From the NCBI RefSeq assembly GCF_000011805.1, contig NC_006840.2: a stretch of 32,000 bases of DNA; one strand, given 5' to 3'. The notes under the pieces are model-generated. The model worked only from the letters and a program-made list of their open reading frames with translations. It did no database searches and was not told the origin of the DNA. A program made the position numbers and the translations under genes. Source of the DNA: Aliivibrio fischeri ES114. Lineage in GTDB: Bacteria > Pseudomonadota > Gammaproteobacteria > Enterobacterales > Vibrionaceae. Shown here piece by piece: positions 16,199 to 26,072 of this stretch (its first letter is position 1; every line of letters begins with the position of its first letter).

Positions 16199-18475
16199 TT
16201 AGATCTTACAACCACCGCCTGCACAATCGTCATCTTGTCCTAGGTCGTCTTGTGAGTCGCTAGCACCATCACGAGTGTTATGGTAGTAAAGTGTTTTAAG
16301 ACCAAGCTTATAAGCCGTTAGAAGGTCTTTTAATAACAGCTTCATTGGCACTTTGCCATTTGGTTGAATGTTTGGATCGTAATTAGTATTCGCTGAAATT
16401 GCTTGGTCAACGAATTTTTGCATGATACCTACAAGCTGTAGATAGCCATCGTTTGAACCAATGTTCCAAAGTAGTTCATAGTTGTTTTTCAGATTCGCAA
16501 AATCAGGAACAACTTGTTTCAAAATACCATCTTTTGATGCTTTAACTGATACAAAACCACGTGGTGGTTCAATACCGTTAGTTGCATTTGAGATTTGAGA
16601 AGACGTCTCAGATGGCATCAGTGCAGATAGTGTAGAGTTACGTAGACCGTGTGTCTTGATCTCTTCACGCAATGTTTCCCAATCTAAATGCAATTCTTCA
16701 TTACAGATAGCATCGATATCTTTCTTGTAAGAATCGATAGGTAGAATACCTTGAGCATAGGTTGTTTCATTGAAAGCAGGACATGCACCTTGCTCTTTTG
16801 CTAGACCAACAGATGCTTTTAATAGGTAGTATTGAATCGCTTCAAATGTTTTGTGCGTTAAACCATTTGCACTACCATCAGAGTATTTCACACCATTTTT
16901 TGCAAGGTAGTAAGCGTAGTTAATAACACCCACACCCAATGTACGGCGGTTCATTGTTGATTTGTATGCTGCTGGAAGAGGGTAGTCTTGATAATCTAAA
17001 AGCGCATCAAGAGCACGAACAGCAAGCTCAGCAAGCTCTTCAAGTTCTTCTAGTTTTTCAATTGCACCTAAGTTAAATGCAGAAAGCGTACATAATGCAA
17101 TTTCACCTTCTTCGTCATTAACGTGAGTTAGTGGCTTAGTTGGAAGTGCAATTTCTAAACATAGGTTAGATTGGCGTACAGGAGCAACACTTGGGTCAAA
17201 TGGACTGTGTGTATTACAGTGGTCAACGTTTTGAATGTAAATACGGCCAGTTGATGCACGTTCTTGCATTAGTAGTGAGAACAGCTCAATTGCTTTTACT
17301 GTTTCACGTTTAATCGACGTGTCTTGCTCGTATTTTTCATATAGGCGTTCAAACTCAGCTTGATCAGCAAAGAATGCATCGTATAGCCCTGGAACATCTG
17401 AAGGTGAGAACAAGCTAATGTTTCCGCCTTTGATTAAGCGTGTGTACATCAGTTTATTGATTTGTACACCGTAATCCATATGACGAACACGGTTCTCTTC
17501 AACACCACGGTTGTTTTTAAGAACAAGTAGAGATTCCACTTCACGGTGCCAAATAGGGTAGAACAGCGTTGCTGCGCCACCACGAACACCACCTTGTGAA
17601 CAACATTTAACAGCTGTCTGGAAGTATTTGTAGAATGGGATACAACCTGTGTGGAATGCTTCACCATCACGGATTTCAGAACCAAGAGCACGAATACGAC
17701 CTGCGTTGATACCGATACCTGCACGTTGAGATACATAACGAACAATAGAACCTGCTGTTGCGTTAATTGAATCTAAGCTATCGTCACACTCAATTAATAC
17801 ACATGAGCTAAATTGACGAGTAGGAGTACGTACACCAGACATAATTGGTGTTGGCAATGAGATCTTAAATTGTGACGTAGCATCATAGAAACGCTTGATG
17901 TAATCAAGACGAGTATCTTTTGGATATTTAGCAAATAGACATGCCGCAACAAGGATATAAAGGAACTGTGCACTCTCGTAAATTGCGCCCGTTACGCGGT
18001 TTTGAACAAAGTACTTACCTTCAAGTTGTTTAACTGCAGCATAAGAGAAGTCCATGTCACGATTGTGATCGATCATTTGATCCATTAGAGCAAATTCTTC
18101 TTGAGTGTAGTCTTCAACGATGTGTTTATCGTATTTACCAAGCTCAATAAGATTAAGAACGTGGTTAAACAGCGTTGGTGGCTCAAATTGGCCATATGCT
18201 TTCTTACGAAGGTGGAAAACAGACAAGCGAGCAGCTAAATATTGATAATCTGGAGTGTCTTCAGAAATTAAATCAGCGGCAGCTTTGATGATGGTTTCAT
18301 GAATATCAGAAGTCTTCATGCCATCGTAAAATTGGATATGAGATTTCATTTCGACTTGTGATACAGAAACATTATCTAGACCTTCTGCAGCCCATGTGAT
18401 CACTTTATGGATCTTGTCTAGATTAATTTTTTCTGTGCTGCCATTTCGCTTAGTAACGGTAAGCTGTTGAGTCAT
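16199..18475 (-). CDS. nrdA: Class Ia ribonucleotide reductase alpha subunit
   Basis: 758 aa. It has an N-terminal ATP-cone (VTKRNGSTEKINLDKI). The catalytic regions are SSCVLIE and NLCLEIALP. The C-terminal redox pair lies in ...CAGGGCKI. Confidence 0.96.
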   Translation of the reverse strand: MTQQLTVTKRNGSTEKINLDKIHKVITWAAEGLDNVSVSQVEMKSHIQFYDGMKTSDIHETIIKAAADLISEDTPDYQYLAARLSVFHLRKKAYGQFEPPTLFNHVLNLIELGKYDKHIVEDYTQEEFALMDQMIDHNRDMDFSYAAVKQLEGKYFVQNRVTGAIYESAQFLYILVAACLFAKYPKDTRLDYIKRFYDATSQFKISLPTPIMSGVRTPTRQFSSCVLIECDDSLDSINATAGSIVRYVSQRAGIGINAGRIRALGSEIRDGEAFHTGCIPFYKYFQTAVKCCSQGGVRGGAATLFYPIWHREVESLLVLKNNRGVEENRVRHMDYGVQINKLMYTRLIKGGNISLFSPSDVPGLYDAFFADQAEFERLYEKYEQDTSIKRETVKAIELFSLLMQERASTGRIYIQNVDHCNTHSPFDPSVAPVRQSNLCLEIALPTKPLTHVNDEEGEIALCTLSAFNLGAIEKLEELEELAELAVRALDALLDYQDYPLPAAYKSTMNRRTLGVGVINYAYYLAKNGVKYSDGSANGLTHKTFEAIQYYLLKASVGLAKEQGACPAFNETTYAQGILPIDSYKKDIDAICNEELHLDWETLREEIKTHGLRNSTLSALMPSETSSQISNATNGIEPPRGFVSVKASKDGILKQVVPDFANLKNNYELLWNIGSNDGYLQLVGIMQKFVDQAISANTNYDPNIQPNGKVPMKLLLKDLLTAYKLGLKTLYYHNTRDGASDSQDDLGQDDDCAGGGCKI

Positions 18476-18572
18476 TTGTCTACTTTTCCTTTCAATAAAG
18501 AACGAAGATGTAATTTTTGTAATTTTCGTTGTTAATTTGTGATCAAGCTCATAGTGGTGCGCTTTGAAATAA

Positions 18573-18619
18573 ACACAAGATATAGGGCTTAATGATTAAT
18601 TGACTACAAGATAGTGATT
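18573..18619 (-). promoter_or_regulatory. Two NrdR-type boxes in the nrdA promoter region
   Basis: On the minus strand, GCCCTATATCTTGTGT (18588->18573) matches the NrdR consensus acaCwAtATaTwgtgt at about 13/16. AATCACTATCTTGTAG (18619->18604) matches at about 10/16. The starts are 31 bp apart, the helical-phase tandem spacing typical of NrdR operators. Confidence 0.55.
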
Positions 18620-18656
18620 ATTTTGCCTCTGATCAAGTTTGAAAATCAGTGTCTCC

Positions 18657-18665
18657 TGTGGATAA
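18657..18665 (-). promoter_or_regulatory. Perfect DnaA box upstream of nrdA
   Basis: The plus strand reads TGTGGATAA, which is TTATCCACA on the nrdA strand, the 9/9 consensus. DnaA boxes are a known feature of the E. coli nrdAB promoter region. Confidence 0.6.
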
Positions 18666-18969
18666 CCTATGAATTAAAAAAAACAGTAAGTATCTACTAA
18701 CCTAATCACTTTAGTGATATCAAGGTGTCAGAAATAACGTTTTTTATTATGGTTGATAAGTAAGCAGTTAAAAAAATATTTTTCTTGATTTTTGTCGTTT
18801 ATGAGGATCTTTGCATTTTAGAAAAAAATGATGATTTCTCATTCAATTTGGCATGATAAATGAAATGTAGAATTTAGGTATAGCAGTATATTAATTAAGG
18901 TTATAAATGGCTCTTTAATGAGACGCTTGTATAATAAAAAGCCATTTAGATTAAGAAAGAAGCAGAAGG

Positions 18970-19674
18970 TTATAATGTAGTGTGAACAATATAATTAACA
19001 TCTACATTCTTACCAAGAGAGTAGGTATCGGTAAGAGGGTTATAATGCAAACCGGTAATGCCACGTTCTTGTAATGCAGTTTGATCTAACATTTTTAACA
19101 GTTCAGAAGGACGAATGAACTTATTATGATCGTGTGTACCTTTTGGTACTAATTTTAATAATTGCTCTGCACCAACAATAGCAAATAAATAAGACTTGAT
19201 ATTGCGGTTCAGGGTTGAGAAGAATACGTGTCCGCCAGGTTTTACCATTTTTGCACAAGAGCGGATAACTGAAAGTGGGTCAGGTACGTGCTCAAGCATT
19301 TCCATACAGGTAACCACATCATACGTCTCAGGGTTCTCTTCAGCGTGTTGTTCGGCCGTTGATTGAACGTATTCGAGTTTGGTTCCTGTTTCTAAAGCGT
19401 GTAAGCGTGCAACAGTTAAAGGTTCTTTCCCCATATCCAAACCAATAACATCTGCCCCTTGTTTTGCCATGCTTTCAGCTAAAATCCCGCCACCACAGCC
19501 TACATCAAGTACTTTTTTACCAAAGAGGCCATTCGCGTTTTCAAGCACGTAATTTAAACGAAGAGGATTAATTTGGTGTAGAGGTTTAAATTCACCTTCT
19601 AAATCCCACCAACGTGAAGCCATATCTTCAAATTTTTTGATTTCTGCCGGGTCGACATTTAACTGCTGAGTCAT
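18970..19674 (-). CDS. ubiG: Bifunctional 3-demethylubiquinol 3-O-methyltransferase / 2-polyprenyl-6-hydroxyphenol methylase
   Basis: 234 aa with the SAM motif [12 protein letters not shown] and the segments [12 protein letters not shown] and [11 protein letters not shown]. It is colinear with E. coli UbiG and divergent from gyrA, as in E. coli. Confidence 0.94.
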   Translation of the reverse strand: MTQQLNVDPAEIKKFEDMASRWWDLEGEFKPLHQINPLRLNYVLENANGLFGKKVLDVGCGGGILAESMAKQGADVIGLDMGKEPLTVARLHALETGTKLEYVQSTAEQHAEENPETYDVVTCMEMLEHVPDPLSVIRSCAKMVKPGGHVFFSTLNRNIKSYLFAIVGAEQLLKLVPKGTHDHNKFIRPSELLKMLDQTALQERGITGLHYNPLTDTYSLGKNVDVNYIVHTTL

Positions 19675-19879
19675 AGTTAATATTCCTTTTTTATATCCCT
19701 CTATTATATACAGAAAAAAATGAGAAAGTGAGTATTTAAAATGGCGATTTTTTCAGCACATTTTCTGAGGTTTATCAAGAATATGATGCTCAGGTATGTG
19801 ACTTGCTCCTGATTTCGCAGGATTCTTAAGCTTAAGAGCCATTTTGCAAATTAAAACGGTGCGAAATCCCACTTAACTG

Positions 19880-19888
19880 TGCTATATT
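19880..19888 (+). promoter_or_regulatory. Candidate extended -10 element of the gyrA promoter
   Basis: TGcTATATT (TGn + TATATT) lies about 110 nt upstream of the gyrA ATG. No convincing -35 is present, which is compatible with an extended -10 promoter. Confidence 0.3.
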
Positions 19889-19999
19889 TTGCAATCTTGC
19901 ACGTTTATCAGTATTAATTATCTTGGTGCATAGAAGTAGTATTATTTGCTAAGGCAATTGATATTGATACGACAGAACTAATTGAGGGATATTGGCTCT

Positions 20000-22636
20000 A
20001 TGAGCGATCTTGCTAAAGAGATCACGCCCGTAAATATTGAAGATGAGCTTCGAGGTTCTTACCTAGACTATGCGATGTCAGTAATCGTTGGTCGTGCTCT
20101 TCCCGATGTGCGTGATGGCCTAAAACCAGTACACCGCCGCGTTTTATTCGCAATGGATGTACTAGGTAATGATTGGAATAAACCATATAAAAAATCTGCC
20201 CGTGTTGTTGGCGACGTAATCGGTAAATATCACCCTCACGGTGATAGTGCTGTTTATGACACCATCGTACGTATGGCGCAGCCGTTCTCACTACGCTATA
20301 TGCTTGTTGATGGCCAAGGTAACTTCGGTTCTATCGATGGTGACTCAGCGGCGGCGATGCGTTATACCGAAGTTCGTATGGCGAAAATCGCTCACGAATT
20401 ATTGGCTGATCTAGACAAAGAAACTGTAGATTATGTTCCTAACTATGATGGTACAGAACAGATCCCTGCAGTATTACCAACAAAGATCCCGAACCTACTT
20501 GTAAATGGTTCATCAGGTATCGCCGTTGGTATGGCAACAAACATCCCACCACACAACTTAACAGAAGTGGTAAATGGTTGTTTGGCTTTCATCGAAAATG
20601 AAGAAATCACGATCGATGAGCTAATGAACTACATTCCAGGTCCTGACTTCCCGACAGCTGCATTGATCAGTGGTCGTAAAGGCATCGTTGATGCTTATAA
20701 GACAGGTCGTGGTAAAGTTTACATGCGTTCTAAAGCTAATATCGAAGCTGACAAGAATGGTAAAGAAACCATTATTGTTACAGAGATCCCTTATCAAGTT
20801 AACAAAGCTCGCCTGATCGAAAAGATCGCTGAACTAGTTAAAGATAAGAAAGTAGAAGGCATTTCTGCACTACGTGACGAATCTGATAAAGATGGTATGC
20901 GTATTGTTATTGAATGTAAGCGTGATGCAGTAGGTGAGGTTGTTCTTAATAACCTTTACTCTCTGACTCAACTTCAAACTACATTCGGTATCAACATGGT
21001 TGCACTAGATAATGGCCAACCAAAACTTTTCAACTTGAAAGAAATGTTGAAGTGTTTCGTTGATCACCGTCGTGAAGTGGTAACTCGCCGTACTATTTTT
21101 GAATTACGCAAAGCGCGTGATCGTGCTCATATCCTTGAAGGTTTAGCACTAGCATTAGCGAACATCGATGAAATCATCGAATTGATCAAGAATGCACCAA
21201 CACCAGCAGAAGCAAAAGAAGGTCTAATCTCACGTGGTTGGGATTTAGGTAACGTTGCTTCGATGCTAGAGCGTGCTGGTACTGATGCTGCTCGTCCTGA
21301 TTGGTTAGAGCCAGAGTTTGGTATTCGTGAAGGTAAATACTTCTTAACAGAACAACAAGCTCAAGCAATCCTAGAACTTCGTCTACACCGTTTAACTGGT
21401 TTAGAGCACGAGAAGATCTTAGATGAATACAAAGCACTATTAGATGAAATCGCAGAGCTAATGCATATTCTTGCAAGCACTGAACGTCTGATGGAAGTGA
21501 TCCGTGACGAATTAGTTATGGTTCGTGACATGTACGGTGATGAGCGTCGCACTGAAATCGGTGCTGCAATCCATGACATCGACATGGAAGACTTAATCAC
21601 ACAAGAAGATGTTGTAGTAACACTTTCTCGTGAAGGTTATGTTAAGTACCAAATTCTGAGCGATTACGAAGCACAACGTCGTGGTGGTAAAGGTAAGAGT
21701 GCAACTAAGATGAAAGATGAAGATTTCATCGAACGTCTACTTGTTGCGAATACTCATGATAATATCCTTTGTTTCTCTACACGTGGTAAAGCGTATAGCT
21801 TGAAAGTATTCCAATTACCTCAAGCAAGTCGTACTGCTCGTGGTAAGCCAATCGTAAACATTCTTCCTCTAGAAGAAGGTGAGCGTATTACAGCGATTCT
21901 ACCAGTATCTGAATATTCTGAAGATAAGTTTATCTTTATGGCAACAGGTGATGGTACTGTTAAGAAAACATCACTAGATCAATTTGCAAAAGTTCGTGCA
22001 AACGGCTTAATCGCAGTAAATCTACGTGAAGATGATTCACTAATCGGTGTTGATATCACTGATGGTTCAAGTGAAATCATGCTGTTCTCTAAAGCTGGTA
22101 AAGTGGTTCGTTTCAACGAAGAACAAGTTCGTGGTATGGGCCGTACAGCTTCTGGTGTTCGTGGTATGAAACTGTCTGGTGAAGATCAGGTTGTTTCGTT
22201 AATCGTTCCTTCTAATGAAGGCGATATCTTAACAGTGACTCAAAATGGTTACGGTAAACGTACTGTTCTTTCTGAGTATCCTGCGAAGAGCCGTGCAACG
22301 CAAGGTGTTGTATCTATCAAAGTTTCTGAACGTAACGGCAGTGTTGTTGGTGCAGTTCAAGCTGAAGATGGCGATGAATTCATGATGATCACTGACGCAG
22401 GTACGCTAGTACGTACTCGTGTATCAGAAGTTAGCCAAGTGGGTCGTAATACTCAAGGTGTAACATTGATCCGTACTTCTGAAAATGAAAATGTAGTTGC
22501 ACTGCAACGCATTGATGAAGTTGAAGAAGCAGAAATCATTGAAGGTGAAGAGGGTGAAGTAACAGAGGCAACAGTAACAACTGAAGCGACTGATGCACCT
22601 CAAGCTGATACTGACGCTGAGAGCACAGAAGAATAA
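20000..22636 (+). CDS. gyrA: DNA gyrase subunit A
   Basis: I prefer the start at ATG 20000 ([47 protein letters not shown]) over the ORF-track TTG at 19982. The catalytic region and QRDR ([11 protein letters not shown]) are present. The C-terminus has a beta-pinwheel domain and an acidic tail. Confidence 0.96.
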   Translation: MSDLAKEITPVNIEDELRGSYLDYAMSVIVGRALPDVRDGLKPVHRRVLFAMDVLGNDWNKPYKKSARVVGDVIGKYHPHGDSAVYDTIVRMAQPFSLRYMLVDGQGNFGSIDGDSAAAMRYTEVRMAKIAHELLADLDKETVDYVPNYDGTEQIPAVLPTKIPNLLVNGSSGIAVGMATNIPPHNLTEVVNGCLAFIENEEITIDELMNYIPGPDFPTAALISGRKGIVDAYKTGRGKVYMRSKANIEADKNGKETIIVTEIPYQVNKARLIEKIAELVKDKKVEGISALRDESDKDGMRIVIECKRDAVGEVVLNNLYSLTQLQTTFGINMVALDNGQPKLFNLKEMLKCFVDHRREVVTRRTIFELRKARDRAHILEGLALALANIDEIIELIKNAPTPAEAKEGLISRGWDLGNVASMLERAGTDAARPDWLEPEFGIREGKYFLTEQQAQAILELRLHRLTGLEHEKILDEYKALLDEIAELMHILASTERLMEVIRDELVMVRDMYGDERRTEIGAAIHDIDMEDLITQEDVVVTLSREGYVKYQILSDYEAQRRGGKGKSATKMKDEDFIERLLVANTHDNILCFSTRGKAYSLKVFQLPQASRTARGKPIVNILPLEEGERITAILPVSEYSEDKFIFMATGDGTVKKTSLDQFAKVRANGLIAVNLREDDSLIGVDITDGSSEIMLFSKAGKVVRFNEEQVRGMGRTASGVRGMKLSGEDQVVSLIVPSNEGDILTVTQNGYGKRTVLSEYPAKSRATQGVVSIKVSERNGSVVGAVQAEDGDEFMMITDAGTLVRTRVSEVSQVGRNTQGVTLIRTSENENVVALQRIDEVEEAEIIEGEEGEVTEATVTTEATDAPQADTDAESTEE

Positions 22637-22656
22637 TTTATTCTGATGTTTTCAAA

Positions 22657-22691
22657 TAAAAAGCCCGCTTAGAAATAAGCGGGCTTTTTTT
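22657..22691. terminator. Bidirectional rho-independent terminator shared by gyrA and the convergent small ORF
   Basis: A 10-bp perfect stem, aagcccgctt (22661-22670) with aagcgggctt (22677-22686). An A-run lies upstream and a T7 run downstream. Confidence 0.85.
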
Positions 22692-22695
22692 ATCA

Positions 22696-22962
22696 TTAAA
22701 AAACGTCGAAAATGCCTTGTTCTGAATATAAGTTTGATGCAATAACAAACGTTTTTTTACCGCAAGAAATACAAACAGGTGGGCCGAACCACGCAGCATA
22801 GCATTCGCCACATGAATAATGAGCATTAATTAAACGTAAATGAGTTTTATCTGGAATTACGTTTAAAGTAGGTTGTTGCAATTTAATTTGTCTTTCATCT
22901 TTTATTATTGTTTTCATACTAGCCAACTTTACGGTGTTAATAATGAGATACATAAATTTCAT
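22696..22962 (-). CDS. Small zinc-ribbon-like protein (CxxC-N9-CxxC), unknown function
   Basis: 88 aa from ATG 22962, or 73 aa from ATG 22917 (MKTIIKDERQ...). It has two Cys pairs, SCGECYAAWFGPPVCISCGK. Neither start has a strong RBS. The stop abuts the bidirectional terminator. Coding status is plausible but unproven. Confidence 0.45.
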   Translation of the reverse strand: MKFMYLIINTVKLASMKTIIKDERQIKLQQPTLNVIPDKTHLRLINAHYSCGECYAAWFGPPVCISCGKKTFVIASNLYSEQGIFDVF

Positions 22963-23040
22963 TAATGAGATACCTATAAAGAAGTATGATATGATATGGC
23001 TCGTAAAACAATAATGCAGATTGTGATCTAGATTATCTTT

Positions 23041-23075
23041 TTTAAAATAAAAAAGAGTGCAGAAGCACCCTTTTA
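23041..23075 (-). terminator. Rho-independent terminator after the hot-dog-fold gene
   Basis: On the minus strand, gggtgc/gcactc (with one G.U pair; the same position is an A.C mismatch on the plus strand) is followed by ttttttatttt. Confidence 0.65.
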
Positions 23076-23100
23076 TAAGTCATTATTTAATTTATAAATT

Positions 23101-23808
23101 TTAGCTATTGTAAGCGGCTTTTAGAGCAACAAATCGTTCAACTAAATCATCGATAGCCGTTTGATCGTAAGCCTTTAAACCCGTTGCAATCATTCGTTTA
23201 GTACCATGGCCAACTTCTTCACCGTTTTCTGTAAATTTGAAGTTTAGTTTAACAATGCCACGCTTTCCTTCAATATCCATCGTTGCACCAGTGAATTCAA
23301 CACTAGGCGTTGTAATATCTAATCGAGTAAATTCGATATCCATGCTTTCATAAATTACTAATGGGCGCTGACAATTAATCATTAATTGTTTTTCTTCCAT
23401 TAATGGAACCATGATATGAGGGAAGTTCATTCCTGAAAATTGAACATATTGTTTTACGACATGCTCAATAAACTCAGGGTTAAGATTTTTTTCACCACTA
23501 CGCTTTACGTGAAGGTACACTTTTTCATTATCGTCTGAAAGCGAATATTCACCTTGTTCTGTGTGGTTAATATGTAGTGCTGTACCGTTAGATACCATAC
23601 CTGCAAAATCGAAGTGCATTTTATTACTGATGCCAGTTTTGGATAATAAAACTGCAAATAATAAATCACCAGGAACACAGAAACGCTTAGAATCCACATC
23701 ATGAATTGGGTTAAAATCACCAGCCACTTTTTTCGCAAAATCGCTTGCTTGTTGGCGTGTGAATTCAAATGAGTTATCTGTTTCTGAAAAATATTGATTT
23801 AACTGCAT
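23101..23808 (-). CDS. MaoC-like hot-dog-fold protein (DUF3581-like by recollection)
   Basis: 235 aa. The N-terminal segment FAKKVAGDFNPIHDVDSKRFCVPGDLLF resembles the (R)-hydratase/MaoC DFNPIH motif. The family label is unverified. Confidence 0.6.
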   Translation of the reverse strand: MQLNQYFSETDNSFEFTRQQASDFAKKVAGDFNPIHDVDSKRFCVPGDLLFAVLLSKTGISNKMHFDFAGMVSNGTALHINHTEQGEYSLSDDNEKVYLHVKRSGEKNLNPEFIEHVVKQYVQFSGMNFPHIMVPLMEEKQLMINCQRPLVIYESMDIEFTRLDITTPSVEFTGATMDIEGKRGIVKLNFKFTENGEEVGHGTKRMIATGLKAYDQTAIDDLVERFVALKAAYNS

Positions 23809-23826
23809 AATAAATTTGGTAAAAAC

Positions 23827-23851
23827 CTAGCTAATGAAATAACTTAGCTAG
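23827..23851. repeat. Perfect 8-bp inverted repeat in the divergent intergenic region
   Basis: CTAGCTAA (23827-23834), 9 nt, TTAGCTAG (23844-23851). It lies 19 nt upstream of the hot-dog gene start codon. Confidence 0.5.
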
Positions 23852-24037
23852 TATAACCAATCTCTTCTCATCTAATGGTCTATCCAGTGCGAATAAAAGT
23901 AAAAACAATCAGTTAAACGTTTCAAAATGTAGATAAATTGACATTTACTTCACGGTTATCTCGATATAATCACAAACGAAGTACTCATATCAACCAGTGT
24001 ATTTATTGTATCTAAGGTTGGACATTAAGGTTAAAGA

Positions 24038-24586
24038 ATGAAATCGTTAATAACGGCAGGGCTAGTTTTTTCATTAATAGCATCAAGTTACAGTGCTCAG
24101 GCAGAAGAAAAGCAATCTGGAGATCTCGCTGCAGATATTGGTGCGGTTGGGATTCCTGTTATTGCAGGCTCGATAGCTTTATATAAAGAAGATTACGATG
24201 GCTTTTGGATGTTTGCTAAAGGTGCTACTTACACTTTAGCGGCAACACAAGCGTTAAAATATACGGTAAAAGAGGAGCGACCGAATGGGGAGGACAACTT
24301 AAGTTTTCCATCCGGGCATTCATCGTCTGCGTTCCAGGGTGCTTCATACTTACAGTTCCGTTATGGTTGGGAATATGGGGTTCCTGCGTATATAGGGGCG
24401 AGTTTAGTTGGATACTCACGTGTAGAGAATGAACACCATTATTGGCGTGATGTTATTGCCGGTGCGGTATTAGCGACAACCATTCAATATTTGGTTACCG
24501 ATAAGTACCTTGATTCAAATAGCGTAATGATTGCGCCAGTGATCAATGATGATCACGTTGGAATTGCAGCATCTTTCTCATTTTAA
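24038..24586 (+). CDS. PAP2-family (type 2 phosphatidic acid phosphatase-like) periplasmic/membrane phosphatase
   Basis: It has a signal peptide, MKSLITAGLVFSLIASSYSAQA. All three PAP2 motifs are present: KEERPNG (KxxxxxxRP), FPSGHSS (PSGH) and SRVENEHHYWRDV (SRxxxxxHxxxD). Confidence 0.85.
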   Translation: MKSLITAGLVFSLIASSYSAQAEEKQSGDLAADIGAVGIPVIAGSIALYKEDYDGFWMFAKGATYTLAATQALKYTVKEERPNGEDNLSFPSGHSSSAFQGASYLQFRYGWEYGVPAYIGASLVGYSRVENEHHYWRDVIAGAVLATTIQYLVTDKYLDSNSVMIAPVINDDHVGIAASFSF

Positions 24587-24648
24587 TTGGCAAATGGTGT
24601 ACAAGCGAGTAAAATCAGCTCCCTTTTAATAATGCTAGGTGTACCACA

Positions 24649-26001
24649 ATGTTTATTGGATTTGACTACGGAACCGCTAACTGTTCAGTTGCGACCATTC
24701 AAAATAACCAAACAAAATTACTAAAACTAGAAGGGGATAACACCTTTATTCCTTCTGCGTTATGTGCACCTACTCGTGAAGCGGTTTCTGAATATTTATT
24801 TCGTATTTGGGGCGTTCAGCCAAGTACAGATATAAATGAACGCTTGCTTCACACTGCAATTTCATACAATCGTGAAGAAGATATCGATGTTGATGCTGAG
24901 TCGATGACATTTGGTCAAGCAGCATTAAATATGTACATCGAAGATCCTGAAGAAGTGTATTACGTAAAATCACCAAAATCATTTTTAGGGGTATCTGGTT
25001 TACGTGATGTACAAGTGAGTTTATTCGAAGATCTTGTTACTGCAATGATGAAAAACATCAAAAACAATGCAGAGCAAGAACTACAGCAAGATATTACGTC
25101 GACAGTAATTGGCCGCCCAATTAACTTCCAAGGCGCAGCTAGTGACGAAGCTAATGCACAAGCGATCTCAATTTTGTCACGTGCAGCAATGCGTGTGGGT
25201 TTTAAAAATATTGAGTTTCAATTTGAGCCAGTTGCGGCAGGTTTAGACTTTGAACAAACATTAACAGAAGACAAAACGGTTCTGATTGTTGATATCGGCG
25301 GTGGTACGACGGACTGTTCAATGATTCAAATGGGGCCGTCTTGGCGTGAACACCATGACAGAACGAAAGGGATCTTATCTCACAGTGGTTCTCGTATTGG
25401 TGGTAACGATTTAGACATTTACCTCGCACATCGTCAGTTTATGCCTTTACTTGGTTCACAGAGTCGAACTCATAAAGGTTTAGAATTACCGATGACGCAA
25501 TTTTGGAATCCAATTGCCATCAACAACATTGTTGCTCAGCTGGATTTCTTTGGTTTTGGTAATCGTAAACATTTAATGCAGATGCTTAATGATACTCAAG
25601 AGCCAGAAAAAGTTGCACGTTTAATTAAACTTTATGATGAAAAGTTAAGTTACAAACTGCTGCGTGATGCAGAGCAAACGAAAATAGCATTATCAGAATA
25701 CGCTGAGCAAGCGGTAGATTTAAGTTACCTTGATGAAGGTTTAACTTTGAATATTTCTCAACAATGTCTAGCAGAAGCAATTGCGAAGCCACAAGAGAAC
25801 ATTAATAAGCTGATTAAAGAAGCGATCGTTCAAGCAGGCACGACACCAGATATCATTTATGTAACTGGCGGTTCTGCTCGTTCTCCAATTCTACGTTCAG
25901 CATTACAACAGCAATTACCAAACATTGAGATTGTTGGTGGTAATTATTTTGGCTCTGTTACAGCAGGATTAGCACACTGGGCAAATTACTGTTTTGGGTA
26001 A
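24649..26001 (+). CDS. yegD: Hsp70-family (actin-like ATPase) protein YegD
   Basis: 450 aa. The segments MFIGFDYGTANCSVA, DIGGGTTDCS, GGNDLD and VTGGSARSP are colinear with E. coli YegD (also 450 aa). Confidence 0.9.
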   Translation: MFIGFDYGTANCSVATIQNNQTKLLKLEGDNTFIPSALCAPTREAVSEYLFRIWGVQPSTDINERLLHTAISYNREEDIDVDAESMTFGQAALNMYIEDPEEVYYVKSPKSFLGVSGLRDVQVSLFEDLVTAMMKNIKNNAEQELQQDITSTVIGRPINFQGAASDEANAQAISILSRAAMRVGFKNIEFQFEPVAAGLDFEQTLTEDKTVLIVDIGGGTTDCSMIQMGPSWREHHDRTKGILSHSGSRIGGNDLDIYLAHRQFMPLLGSQSRTHKGLELPMTQFWNPIAINNIVAQLDFFGFGNRKHLMQMLNDTQEPEKVARLIKLYDEKLSYKLLRDAEQTKIALSEYAEQAVDLSYLDEGLTLNISQQCLAEAIAKPQENINKLIKEAIVQAGTTPDIIYVTGGSARSPILRSALQQQLPNIEIVGGNYFGSVTAGLAHWANYCFG

Positions 26002-26028
26002 TGAGTACTATTTTATTAATTGTTAATT

Positions 26029-26061
26029 TTCGAGCTGCATTGTCGCAGCTCGAATTGTATT
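26029..26061 (+). terminator. Stem-loop terminator after yegD
   Basis: A 10-bp perfect stem, ttcgagctgc (26029-26038) with gcagctcgaa (26045-26054). The tail ttgtatt is weak. Confidence 0.5.
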
Positions 26062-26072
26062 AGGAAAAGACA

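Noticed and set aside
17449-17745. A 98-aa ORF within nrdA. Similar embedded ORFs occur in gyrA (20022-20291, 21186-21476, 21361-21600), the GGDEF gene (13133-13339, 13408-13614), tyrP (10133-10390), yegD, the M50 gene and the hot-dog gene.
   Set aside because: All are nested within strongly supported conserved CDSs in other frames or strands. Their repetitive, biased composition is typical of frame shadows.
18700-18900. Tiny ORFs (11-24 aa) in the ubiG-nrdA spacer, for example the minus-strand MRNHHFFLKCKDPHKRQKSRKIFF.
   Set aside because: They have no RBS. Conservation cannot be assessed from one sequence. AT-rich spacers generate such ORFs by chance.
23938-23970. A consensus TTGACA (23938-23943) and a consensus TATAAT (23965-23970) upstream of the PAP2 gene.
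   Set aside because: The spacer is 21 nt, too long for a functional sigma70 pair. The -10 element may still be used with another upstream element, but I cannot support a promoter call.
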